Source: Azolla caroliniana (taxonomy: Eukaryota; Plantae; Polypodiophyta). Taken from it: a stretch of 64,000 bases of DNA. The stretch is taken from positions 16,306,001 through 16,370,000 of the forward strand of contig JBHGNT010000016.1 of the NCBI GenBank assembly GCA_043228905.1, in the 5' to 3' direction. Positions within the stretch are counted from its first letter, which is position 1. The number at the start of each line of letters is the position of its first letter. The notes beneath the pieces are model-generated. The model ran no database searches, had not been told where the DNA came from, and saw only the letters and a program-made list of their open reading frames with translations. Below, one piece after another: positions 1-11,900 of the stretch. A program made the translations under genes and the position numbers.

Positions 1-415
1 GCTTACCACTAAGACAAGACATTCACTTGAAATTATATTTTTATCATTGTACTTTTACATGTAAATTCTCATACATGAGACCTTGAATGAGTGACATGTA
101 GCGCATGAGCACCAAATGGCAAACATGCATCACATGCATCATATGCATGGGGGCATCTATAAAAGGGTAGATGAAAAATGTATTAGGAGCCATGTATTGA
201 TCAAGTAATTAATAAAGAAAAAAATCTTCTCTAATTGATGGTGTATCTTGTCTCTGAAATCTAAATTTAAAAGATCAATCTTATTTCAATATATCTCTCT
301 CTCAATCTATCTTAAATCCATTCTCGCTAAAGGTAAGGAAACTTTGAATCCTTCCGGTCCAGAACCCCGACGGTTCCGCCTCACGATCCGCACCTAGTGA
401 CGGATCTTCACGACA
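1..415 (+). mobile_element. 3' part of an LTR (TGTCG...CGACA family) inserted into a chromovirus gag
   Basis: TATA-like CTATAAAAGGG near 158. Ends TTCACGACA at 415. U5 motif TCCAGAACCCCGACGGTTCCGCC resembles the U5 of elements D and E. The minus-strand gag frame (NKIRRL) is cut at 415/416. Confidence 0.6.
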
Positions 416-930
416 ACACAATCTCCGGATTTTGTTGATTGTTGTCCTAACATTGTTGGTATCCCCAAAATAGGCTTTAATAAACTCTTCGAAATCATTT
501 AACAATGGAGAGCTTTTTTCTAATAGGGGGCAAACCATGCGAAAGTCGTGCCACTAAATAGAGTGCGTACTAGTCCCACTCGTGATGCTTCAGTGGGATA
601 TTCAGAAGGGTGCATTTGAATCACTAAACATACCTAACTGAGCAAACCTCTAAATTGTGATCAGGTCCCACCAAATTTTGAAGGAAGACCTATCTTGGGC
701 TCTTTGTGAATCCCTTGAGTGCTTGATCCTTGTTGTTGGACTGATACAATAGTCGCTTCAAGTTGTTGTACACGTAACATCAACTCCCCGTCTTGTTGTT
801 TTTCCAGTGCTATTTGTTGAAAATCCCCCAACAAAAGGTGATTTTCTTGTTTTAGTGCTACAAATTTCTCTTTTAAGCATTTGAGCTCCAAGAAAACAGA
901 TTGGTATTCATGAGCACTAACAATTGCCAT
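416..930 (-). pseudogene. Ty3/Gypsy chromovirus gag fragment (element B1)
   Basis: MAIVSAHEYQSVFLELKCLKEKF matches the gag N-terminus of element A (MATVSAQEYQSIFSELQCLKEKF). Contains EPKIGLPSKFGG and NKIRRL, with stops and a frameshift. Confidence 0.85.
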
Positions 931-1003
931 TTTACTAGGCAGGATATGAGGATTAGTATAAAGGGAAGGAGGGGTAAGGGAAACCGGAACAATCGGTTCA
1001 AAC

Positions 1004-1425
1004 TGTCAGGAATAGTACTAAAACAGAGAGAGAATTAGTACTAGAGAAGGGAAGTACTATGAGGATTAGTACTAAGAGGAAAGGGATTGTGTAACACTCA
1101 CGAGAGAGGAAGAGAGAAAAGGGGGGAGAGAGAGAGAGAGAGAAAGAGAAAGAATGATTATAACATATGATATATTATATGAGGCTTAAGACTGGCGTTG
1201 AACCGATTTGGTTCGAAATAATGCCTTGTTCCTCCTTTTATAGTGTTCTCAGGAGTACTCCAGAAGTTTCTAGAATGTTCCAGAGAAATCTGGAATATAT
1301 ATCAATTTTCTATAATAAAACTTAAACGAAAATAATATCTTTTGTATCACAACATATAGTTAACAATCAAGAGCTCAACCCATGTAACATAAGGTCATGG
1401 GTTCAAGTCTTGCCATATCATGACA
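1004..1425 (-). mobile_element. 5' LTR of chromovirus B1 (same family as element A)
   Basis: Reverse complement reads TGTCATGATATGGCAAGA...TATTCCTGACA, the same termini as 15232-15698. Followed on the minus strand by a PBS-position sequence (991-1003) and gag. Confidence 0.9.
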
Positions 1426-1429
1426 ACAA

Positions 1430-1990
1430 CAGTTCGACAACCGGAAAGTTTTTCCGAAGCAACCAAGGATCCAAGGTGGGTCAAAGCTATGAACGAGGAG
1501 ATGTAGGCCATATGCAAGAATGAGACATAGGATCTCGTCCCCTCACTCTGTTAACCGCTACAAAGCTCGAATTGTAGAAAAGGCTATACACAAACACATG
1601 GAGTTAACTACGAAGAGACCTTTGCCCTAGTGGCAAAGATGACAACTGTAGGAACCGTGATTGCACCTGTAGTGGCAAGAGGGTGGCACCTCCACTAGAT
1701 GAACGTCAAGAACGCTTTTCATCAAGGTGAATTAGAATAGGTGTACATGGTACAACCACCCAACTTCGAATTGAGAACCCATCCAAAAGTGATCTGCCGA
1801 GTAAAGAAACCACTCTATGGCCTTAAGCAAGCACCACGTGCTTGGCACTTGAAGATAACACAAAATTCATTGAATCGGCTTCTAAATATTGAAATAAGAC
1901 AACTCCCTCTACATAAGAAGTGATTCTGGAAGTCCGATTGTCATCATCCTATATGTGGATGATCTAGTCATTGGAGGTGAAAATTTATCT
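1430..1990 (+). pseudogene. Ty1/Copia reverse transcriptase fragment
   Basis: Motifs RYKARIV, YEETFALVAKMTTV, LYGLKQAPRAW and YVDD, with several stops and deletions. Confidence 0.85.
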
Positions 1991-2129
1991 CATATTCTCC
2001 TTGTTAATATAGACCTTCTTCTTGATTACTTCATATTTTCTCTTATCTATCTTGTGTCTCTCTTCTCTCCTCTCCTCTCCTCTTCACACACACATAACAC
2101 ATCACACACATCTCTTCCGCTACATAGAA

Positions 2130-2433
2130 TCATATCCGTTTCTTACAGATCAGCCGACCGACTGAATAGTCGAGCGAGAAGTTCTTCCCGATCTCCAACA
2201 AATTAGTGAAGCGAGAGCAAGTCCCAAGGTAATCAAACATCCCAGGGCCACATGAATGTTAAAAAACTAAAGACAATGCAATCGAAAGGAGTCATCATCG
2301 GGCTCTGTACCTTCAAAAAGAGAGAGATTGAAGGCATGTGTGTAGCCTGCCAATTCGGCAAGCAACATTGACACCCAATCCTGACAGAGAGAAATGTGAG
2401 GAAAGGCATATTGGATGTAATTCATTCCGACGT
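2130..2433 (+). pseudogene. Ty1/Copia GAG-pre-integrase/integrase N-terminal fragment
   Basis: ACQFGKQH and ILDVIHSDV motifs. Cut by an LTR at 2434. Confidence 0.7.
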
Positions 2434-2810
2434 TGTTGCGCCTTTTGGCGCCGGATCGTTGTGTGAGTTGGGTGGGAACCACTGGGGTTTTGGAGTAGGA
2501 GGAAGAATTTGAGACGAGTCTAGTTATGAATAGATTATAAGAAAGAGAGAAAAAAACTTGTGAATCCCACAAGTATAGTTGTTTTTGTTTATCTTAATCA
2601 TAGTAATAAATTGAAATAGTTTAGAATAGTTTAGAGTAGATTGAGAAAAGATATCAAAACTTGTGAATCCCACAAGTATTATCTTAATCAATATTTAGAT
2701 TGTAATCAAAACCCAAGAACCCAAGTTTCTCCCCTTCTTGCATTGTGCTTCCCATCCTTATATAGTGATGAGAAAGTCTTACCAATCAATGTTTTTTTGT
2801 TTTCTTCCCA
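2434..2810 (-). mobile_element. Truncated LTR related to element E
   Basis: Starts TGTTGCGCCTTTTGGCGCCGGATCGTTGTGTGAGTTGGGTGGGAACC, like 22995. Shares two GTGAATCCCAC repeats and CCCATCCTTATATAGTGATG. Right boundary approximate. Confidence 0.75.
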
Positions 2811-2819
2811 TCATAATTG

Positions 2820-3216
2820 GAGTCCCCAAAACCGGGACAAATCGGGAATGAGATAGAAGTCAAGGTGGAGACCTATGTGCTTCTATTGTGGGAAGCCAGG
2901 GCATTTCTGAAAGAATTGCGACATTTCTAGAAAGACAAAGGGACCAAGAATGTTGACTCAAGGAAGGGTTTGGACCGGAAGAGTTCAGATCGGAAAGGAA
3001 CATCAACAATCGCGACAAGCGAAGAAGAATTGTTACTCATCACCGAGGAGAATGAGTTACACCTCGTCAGCGACAAAACGACGTGGGTGGTTGACTCTAG
3101 AGCATCGTTCCACCTTACCCCGAACCAGAAGTGCTTCATATCCTACAAAGCCGGTGATCACAGTAGTGTAATGATGAGGAATGAAGGTGCATGCCGAATT
3201 GTCAGCATCGGGGATG
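2820..3216 (+). pseudogene. Tnt1-like Copia gag zinc knuckle and protease fragment
   Basis: CFYCGKPGHF knuckle and WVVDSRASFHLTP protease motif. Cut by an LTR at 3217. Confidence 0.8.
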
Positions 3217-3698
3217 TGTCAGGAATAGTACTAAAACAGAAAGAGAATTACTACTGGAGAAGGGAAATATTATTAGTACTAAGAGGACGGGACTACGTAA
3301 GACTCTCAAGAGAGGAAGAGAGAAGAGGAGAGAGAGAGAGAGAGATGTTGATGATGATGATTGGTGATATATTATATGAAAGGTAAGTACAAATGGCTAA
3401 GAGGCTTAAGACGGGCATTGAACCAAGTTAGTTCAAAATAATGCCTAGTGCCTTCTTTTATAGTGTTCTCAGGAGTAATCCTGAAGCTTCTAGAATTTTC
3501 TAAAGAAATCTGGAATATACATTAATTTCCTATAATAAAAATTGAATGAAAATAATATCCTACTTATTACAATAGATGGTATAATAGTCAAGAGCTCGAC
3601 CCATATAACATAAGGTCATGGGTTTGAGTCTTGCCATATCATGGCACTATCCCCCCCTTAAGACGATGAGTGTAACGAGTCATCGCTGATTGCGGACC
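3217..3698 (-). mobile_element. 3' LTR (3217-3646), PPT (3647-3661) and short internal stub of an A-family chromovirus
   Basis: LTR homologous to 1004-1425. Minus-strand PPT TTAAGGGGGGGATAG. 3662-3698 matches A just upstream of its PPT (about 30168-30205). Confidence 0.88.
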
Positions 3699-4118
3699 AG
3701 AGTCGGAAATGTCGAAGGGTCAGATCGATGAGTTAGCATTTTGCCAAATAAAATATAGTTGGTTACTCATTTTTGTAGTTCTTGCCATTCTGGCAGTATG
3801 TTTTCTTGATGAGAAAGACCTTTTGGTTGCCTATAAAAGGAACCAAAGGCATTGTAAAATCTATCGTTTTATTTAGTAATATAAAGTTTAGTTTAGGAAG
3901 TCTCTATGCACTAGCGCTTTGTTAATCTATTTCCTTGCTGTCAGAACTTTATTATGTAAATAATGATCTTGATGTCTGTTTAACATCGATAAGTTTACAA
4001 CCATTTAGTATCTATTCGCCTAACCACAATTCATTGATAGAACTTTCAGTAAGCAACATTCGATGTATACTGTGTCGACAACATAGTTGATTGTCGGTCG
4101 AACAACACAGTATAATTT

Positions 4119-4131
4119 TGGCACGCCCGGT
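4119..4131 (+). promoter_or_regulatory. PBS of G1, tRNA-Arg type
   Basis: TGGCACGCCCGGT here and TGGCATGCCCAGT in G2 (41136-41148, minus). Both fit the TGGCACGCCCAGT complement of the plant tRNA-Arg(UCU) 3' end as recalled. Confidence 0.65.
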
Positions 4132-4354
4132 TAAATCTGCAATTAGCAGAGAACAAGTCGAATGGATGTCGTCTGGTTTGGATACACCAGTCAGTTGTAA
4201 ATGTCCTTGTACATGTTCTGTTACGAAGGCACTAGAGAAAGATTCGGCTGTAGTAGTACAGGCAGAAACAAGTAGAAGGTGGTCTGCACTTCCCGATTTA
4301 ACTGATAGTCAGCCGGAAGAGGTATCATTTTACGATATCTGGAGTTAAAAAAAT

Positions 4355-7300
4355 ATGCCTTACCCGTATTCGAAATTTCGGGAAGGAGCTGATGTAGAAG
4401 CGCATGTTAGGGACTTCTTGACAACATGGGAAATAAACCATGGAGCTCAGAGGCTATCAACAGCAGCCGAAGACAAGTCTAAAATTGTTGAGTTTGTTTT
4501 GTCATTGGATGGTCAGTCCGCTAATTGGTTTGCACAAAATGCTTTCCATGCGTTCAAAACATTCGAACAATTAACCATCAAGTTTCTCCAATTATTTCAT
4601 CAACAGACTCCTCAGAAGGATCTGATAGCTCAATTTTATGCATTATATCAGGAGCCGCATGAAACGGTGTCTCAATTTGTCATCCATTTTTTAGAATTTA
4701 CAACTCCAGATTTCTAGGCCTATTCCAGACAACGAATTGAAGGATGTATTCCTTGAAGCAATTCATGAATCATTATGAACAACACTAGTAGTGTTCCGTT
4801 TCCAGAATCAGACAATCGAACAAGTGATTGATAAGGCAATCGCTATGGGCCGAAATCCAAAAACTGTAAGGAGTATGGATATGTCGGCATTACATCATAC
4901 ATTGCCAACTTTGGAGGAGTTTCAGTTTCGACAAACAATACAATGTACAACAATACTGGGCATTCGACAATAGAATGTAGTTTACGGACACATTGCACAA
5001 TATGTCATTCTAAAGTCCATTCAGTCGAGCAATGCGAATATAATTTACTTAACAAAACAACAGCGCCTGTACGACAAATTTTTCCGGAAAATGGGTACCA
5101 AATAACTGAAATATATTCAATAATGTGTACCAAGAAACCGCCTGACAAAATAATTATCAATAGAATCAAGATTTTTCGGCGGCACGAGATAACAACCATC
5201 AACAACAAAAAGGAGGTTGATATAAACAAAATCGCTATAACAACAAAAAATTCTATAAGCAAAAAGCGTCACGGCAATTTCAATGGCCTCTGGATTCTAA
5301 TGAAGATGGAAGTCACCAATTCGTACTTGGAGAAGGAAGTGGAACATTCGTTCCTACTTGTTATATTTACCGACAAGATGGACATTATGCAAATCAATGT
5401 CCGTCTAAAGGAAAAGGAAAAACACATGCCGTTAATATGGTCATGGCGGAAATTGAGCAAGTAACCACCAAAAGTAAAAGTAAGCAATCAGAGTGGGAAA
5501 TTCAGGAAGCTGTTCGGAAAGCAGCCAAGGAATGGGTGGAAGAAGCAAATAAAAATAATGTGTCCAGAATGTTGCAAGACAATGAGATAAATCAAACTAA
5601 TGAACTGTCTGGAGCTATGGTAATACCGGAACAAGAGGAAACCTAGAAAATCTTGGCTGATTGCCAAGTGTCATTACCTTTGATAGGATTACTCAAATTA
5701 GTTCCACGGTTCACAGAGAAAGTGGCAACCTTGATTGCTCATTAAGGGACATAACAGGTAGCAGCTAACTATAGTCAGCCAAGTAATAGCCCTTCAATTA
5801 TGCATGAGCAGAATTCATCTATTAAGGTAATAATCAATGGCCAAGAAATAGAAGGTGCTATTGCCGATGGTGGCTCAGAGCTAATGTAATTAATAAAACT
5901 ACTTGTGATAAGCTAGGCATTACCAAATGGGAAGCATGTCCATTTTGGCTGAGAATGGCTGATACCAGTACAGTACGACCAATCAGTTTACCGCAACAAT
6001 TAGATGTCGTGTTAGGTGGTCACACTTTTCAAATATTAGCAGTAGTGCTTCATCTGGAAGCTCCTAGGGCATATCCTTTGCTTTTAGGCTGACCATGGTT
6101 GAAAACTGCTAATATTAAGCAAAATTGGAATCGGAATTTATTGACATTCCGAAAAGGTAAGACGAAAATCCAGGTGTCCACTCAGAATAAGATTACGACA
6201 AGCAAACAATGTTTGCCAATTCATGCAAATGCCGTAAATAAGATGAGGTGGAGGAGAATCATTATTTTAATGATAACCCAAAAATTATTCCTTTGTTCGA
6301 AATAGACATATTACAAGCCCTGACATCGTACGTGGATCCACAAGAGGAGTTACCACTTGATGAGCAAACAATGAAAGAAATCTGACTGTAGTAGGAAGCT
6401 ACCGAAAAGGAAATGAAGGTATTTCGACGGGTTCAGGCCAAGTATAACAAGGTAAGAATGCATCCGGAGGATCAAGAGAAGACAGCCCTCGTTACAGAAT
6501 GGGGAGTGTTTGTGGCAGTGGTAATGATGTTGGGATTAAAAATAGCTCTAGCCACATTTCAAAGGGTCATACAGGAAATCTTTGCGGAATACATTCAAGC
6601 ATTCATGCAAGTTTTCTTGGATGATCTTGTTGTTTACAATTGGAAATCCGAACATTTCGAACATTTGCAACCATGCTTGGAGCGATGTCAGAAAGGTCGA
6701 CTCAGTTTGAATCCAGCAAATTGCGCGTTCGGGGTTACCAGTGGAGCAGTGTTAGGTCATATTGTCAGCCAAGAAGGAATTGCAGTTGACCCAGACAAGG
6801 TCAAAGCCATATTAGAAGCACCAACACAAACAAACGCTAAGGGCCTTAGTCAGTTCTTAGGACAGATTAGATGGCATAGAAGAATGATTAGATATCTTGC
6901 TGATGTTGCCATTCCTTTACTCACAGCGGTGTATAAAGTACCTTTTCAATGGACAATTGTGGAGTAGGACGTGTACGAGTGCCTCAAGAAAATGTTGTCT
7001 AAAGTTCTGGTGGTTCAACCACCTGACTGGAACAAACCCTTCCATGTGTTCGTGGATGCATTGGATATAGCAACTGGTAGTGCACTCATGCAGTTATCCG
7101 AACCGAACTAGTATAGACCAGTCTATTATGCTAGTCGAAAACTTTCACTAGCGGAATGGAATTATTTAACAATCAAGAGGGAAGCATTAGGCATGATTTA
7201 TAGTATCAATAAATTTCGACACTACCTTTTGGGCAAAAAATTTACATTCCATGTTGATCATTCTGCTCTACTCTATTTGGTCTCTAAACAAGAATTAACT

Positions 7301-8413
7301 GGTAAGCTAGCATGATGGACGCTATTGCTGCAAGAATTTGAATTCGACATTTTGCATTGGCCAGGAGTACAACATGCAGTTGCCGATTATCTTAGCCGAC
7401 TAGAGTCGGGAGAACAAGGCACAAGTGTGAAAGACGACTTTCCGGATGAACAACTCTTTCGAGCGGACGCAGTGCGGGTACAGGAAATAAATGAAGAAAT
7501 CGATGATGTTTGGATCTCAGAGATGACAATCTTTCTTACAATAGGGTTACCACCGAAGCATTTGTCAACGGACAAGAGAAAATGATTAGCCATTCATAGT
7601 TGGGATTTTTGTCTTTTAAATGAGACTCTCTATCATAAACGAGCGAACAGAATTTGGAGAAGGACAGTCTGTCATTTTGAGAAGTCATTCATTCTCCAAG
7701 AATCTCATTGTGGCATTGCAGGAGGACACTATGCAAGTGAGACTACAACCCGAAAAATATGGAATAGAGGCTTATGGTGGCCAACAATAATGAAAGATGC
7801 AGTCGACTATTGTCGAAAATGTGATTTATGTTAGAGAATGGGGCAACCCATAGAAAAGTATAGAATGCCTTTCCAACCTGTTTTACCTTTGGAGCCATTC
7901 CAAAAATGGGGATGGGATTTTTCGGTCCATTTAAACCAACAGCCATACGTACATGAAGTCATTACATTATAGTCGCCACATATTACTGTATAAAGTGGGT
8001 AGAAGCTAAACCCCTAAGAGACAATACGACAACGTCAACGACCAAATTTTTGTACGAAAATATATGGTGTCGATTCGGATGCCCGATAGAATTGGTAAGC
8101 GATCAAGGTACACATTTCATTAATAAAATTATACATGAGTTATCCACATATTATGCAGTGGTTCACAAGAAGAGAACTCCATACTATCCACAAGCAAATG
8201 GATTGGCGGAATCAACAAACAAAACAATACAGACAATACTTAAGAAGATAGTTAACCAAAATCGTTCAAATTGGGATCAGAAACTCAACAGTGCATTATG
8301 GGCATACAGAACTTGATATAAAACATCTATTCAGTCCACTCCTTTCCGCATGGCTTTCGGGTTGGAAACCATAATGCCAATAGAATTCCAAGTTCCAACA
8401 CTCTGAATTCAGG
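4355..8413 (+). pseudogene. G1 gag-pol (gag, protease, RT with N-terminal deletion, RNase H, integrase)
   Basis: MPYPYSKFREG gag, CCHC knuckles, IADGGS protease, FLDD RT, QHAVADYLSRL RNase H, SDQGTHF and YYPQANGLAE integrase. Many stops and frameshifts. RT deletion near 6440. Confidence 0.9.
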
Positions 8414-8881
8414 TGTTGAGAGATCAAGCTCAACTTAGTTTAGGTAGTCAACACATGTAACTTCGTAGTTACCTAGAGAGAATCTAGTTAGGAGTGTTGA
8501 CCATAACGCCTTAAATAGGACCTTGTACTTAAGTGGGATATTCTAGATCCTCCACTACTAAGTACATTTAATATAGGACTTACACACTTGTACCTATATT
8601 CTAAACACACATGTGCACCGTTGCACATGAAACCTATATATACCTCATCAAAGGTATTTTTGTATTCGGATGATAATGATGATGCTTTATTAATATACAC
8701 TCTATTTTTATCATCCCCCCATCTTGTGTTTCATACGTGTAACTTCCTCTCTCTTCCTCTCATACTCTCACCCACTCATACACGCACATATCATCATAAC
8801 CTTCCGTTGTGTAAACGCGTAACCGCGTAATCACATAATTAGGTAATATTTAACCCTTGCTTAATTACCTAATTCTTAACA
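8414..8881 (+). repeat. C1 5' LTR
   Basis: TGTTGAGAG...CTTAACA. About 15 substitutions versus 30697-31164 by manual count. Confidence 0.95.
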
Positions 8882-8939
8882 TGGTATCAAAGCATGTGGT
8901 TTAGCATATCCACTAAGCCTACCCAACTTTTTGTGATTT

Positions 8940-11900
8940 TGTTCAAAATGCCGACAACAAATTCCGGCCATCCGCTACTGTAGTGCCACTACATAGCACG
9001 CGTTCGAGATCGAAGGAAGAAGAGCCAAAAAGGAAGACACAAAACAACATGAACACAAAAATGGTGTAGAAAGTAGCATGCGGAAGCAAGTATGAAGACA
9101 GAACAGAGGAAGGAAACTCAGGTTCAATGGAGAGCTTGGGCTTACACGGTATACGCGGGAGAGACAGAGAGAGTAGACACAAAAAACTATATTCAATAAT
9201 AATACTCAAGTCTGTACATAAGACGTGCTCAGTGAACACTTTTATACAAGTCCTGAAAGGACTGACCGAAGTACTGACAGTATTTCAATGCTCAATAAGA
9301 GCTCCTACACTAACTCCCAAATATATTCCTCACGGAATATCTTTCCTAACGACCTCCCGGTTTACGCACTCGGCCTAACCGATCGGTCCCAACCGATCCG
9401 GTCCTCGGCTTCTTCAGCCGATCCGGCCGATGTTGAGCTTGTCTCTCAACACTCCCCCTCAAGCTCAACTCAAGGCTCTTTGGGATCCTCGGGCTCACGG
9501 CTCCTCGGGCTCATAGCTCCGGTTCCTCCTGGCGTCACGCCTCGCTCGCGCTCCTCGACCTGTTCGACTCCGTGCGCTTCGACCCTTCCGGTCGGCTTGT
9601 ATGCTCATGCGGCCCTTATCAGCTCTTCTGCGGTTGCGGTGTCGACGCTTCTCCTGCTACCTTTTCTTCCGCTTGAGCCTTGGTTGATTTAGCGTATCTG
9701 AATCAAACATCCGAACCAACTCGGCTACCTCCGATCGGTTTTCGCTCTCGTCTGAGTTGGCTGTCTCCAACTCGTCTTCGGTCTTCTCGCCCTCGATGGC
9801 GTCATCTTCCCCATGCGTGGTTGGCTTCGGCTCTCTCCTTCGGCTGCTCCCCTTCTGTCCGCTTCCGAACTTCTCCGCGGGTCCGTCCTCGGCTTCTTCA
9901 GCCGATCCGAAGTCGCCCTCGGTTTCTTCAGCCAATCCGTCTTCAACCGAGTCAACAAACGAGTCAACCGACTCGGTGTCGCGGTCTCCGCTCCTTTCCT
10001 GCTGCCTTGGTTGGTCATTCAGGACTGTTCTCCCCCTCAAGTTCGGCACGTCGAGGTGACGCAATCCGAGCGCACCTGAGAATTGCCGCAACTTGTCCAG
10101 ACCAAGAGGCTTGGTGAAGATGTCGGCAGCCTGCCGATCCGTCGGAATGTACTAAAGTTCGACTTCACCGGAAAGGACAAGCTCACGGACGAAATGGTAG
10201 TGCACCTCAATGTGCTTGGTCCGTGCGTGGAAGACGGGGTTCTTCACGAGTTGGATGCTGTTGAGGTTGTCGTAGTAGATTGTCATTGGATCGGACACCT
10301 CCTCTTGCAGGTCCTTAAGTAGCCGCTTCAACCATATGGCTTCGCATGTCACGACAGCCGCTCCTCGGTACTCCGCTTCAGTGCTCGACAGTGCAACTGT
10401 CGGCTGTTTCTTACTGCTCCACGTGATCGCGGCACTCCCGAGGGAGAACGCGTATCCAGACGTGGATCGGCGATCGGCGGCGTTGCCAGCCCAATCAGCA
10501 TCGGTGTAGCCGACTAACTGCACGGCTGCACCGGTCCGATATAGCAGTCCTCGGTCCTTAGTGCCACTTACGTACCGTAGTACGTGTTGCGCACACTGAA
10601 GGTGCTCCTCGGTAGGTCGCGCCATGAACTGACTGATCACCCCGACCGGGTAACTGAGGTTGGGTCGGGTGATGGTCAAGTATATGAGGCTTCCGACAAT
10701 TTTTCGGAACCTCGTCGGGTCGCATACCTTTCCCGTATCGGGACGAAGCTTGACGGTTCTGTCCAGAGGAGTCGAGATGGACTTACAGTCGGCCATCCCA
10801 AATTTGAAGAGCATACTCAACACGTAATGACGTTGGCTGATCAATATGCCTTTGGGGGTACGGATCACTTCGATCCCGAGGAAGTAATGAAGGTCCCCCA
10901 GATCCTTCATGTCGAATGATGCCGCAAGCTGGAGTTTCACGCGGTCGATTTCACCTAGGTCGGCGCCGGTGATGACCAAGTCATCAACATATAGTAAAAT
11001 ACTAACCGGTCCGAGTCGACCTTTCCGGATGAACAGGGAAGAGTCCGATTTTGACGTGAAGAAGCCCATCCGACGCAGTTGTTGCGTGATCTTCGCGTTC
11101 CAGGCACGCGAGGCTTGCTTCAGTCCGTAAAGGGACTTCTTCAATCGGCATACTGCCGAGGAGTTCGTTCCGGAGTGAAATCTGGGGGGTTGTACCATGT
11201 ACACTTGTTCCTCAAGGTCACCTTGTAGGAACGCATTCTTTACATCCATTTGATGTAAGTGCCACCCCTTGGCCGCGGCTACTGTGAGCAAAACATGGAT
11301 GGTCGTCATTTTTGCGACCAGCGCAAATGTCTCATCGTAGTCGATGCCGTGCTTCTGCACGTAGCCCTTTGCCACTAGTCGAGCCTTGTACCGGTTGACC
11401 GAGCCATCGGTGTTGTACTTGACTTTGTACACCCACCTACACCCAATCGGCTTCACACCCTTCGGTGCGTCAACCAGGTTCCAGGTCTCGTTCTCCGCCA
11501 ATGCGTGCATCTCTTCCTCCATCGCGGCACGCCAATTCGCGTCCTTCGCCGCTTCTGCGTAGCTCTCCGGCTCACGCACTTCCACTACACGGGTCATGTA
11601 CGCATAATGATGTGCCATGTACTCGTTGTATCCGAACCCCACAACTGGGTTCTTTTGGCGGGTAGATCGGCGTAATCTCACATCAGCAGATGTCGAGGCC
11701 TTCTCGGTCGACGCGGTCTTCACCTTTAAAGACCCGTCACCGGTTCCCTCGGAGTCGGACTCGCGTCGGTCTGACTCGTTCCTTTCCGTGCCGGAATCCG
11801 ACACCTTCTTCTTCCCTTTCTCTTTGCGCGTAAGCCGTCTCCTCGGCTTCCTGCGCGGGGAATGCACGGCCGAGTCTCCACTACTCGCCGGCTCTTCATC

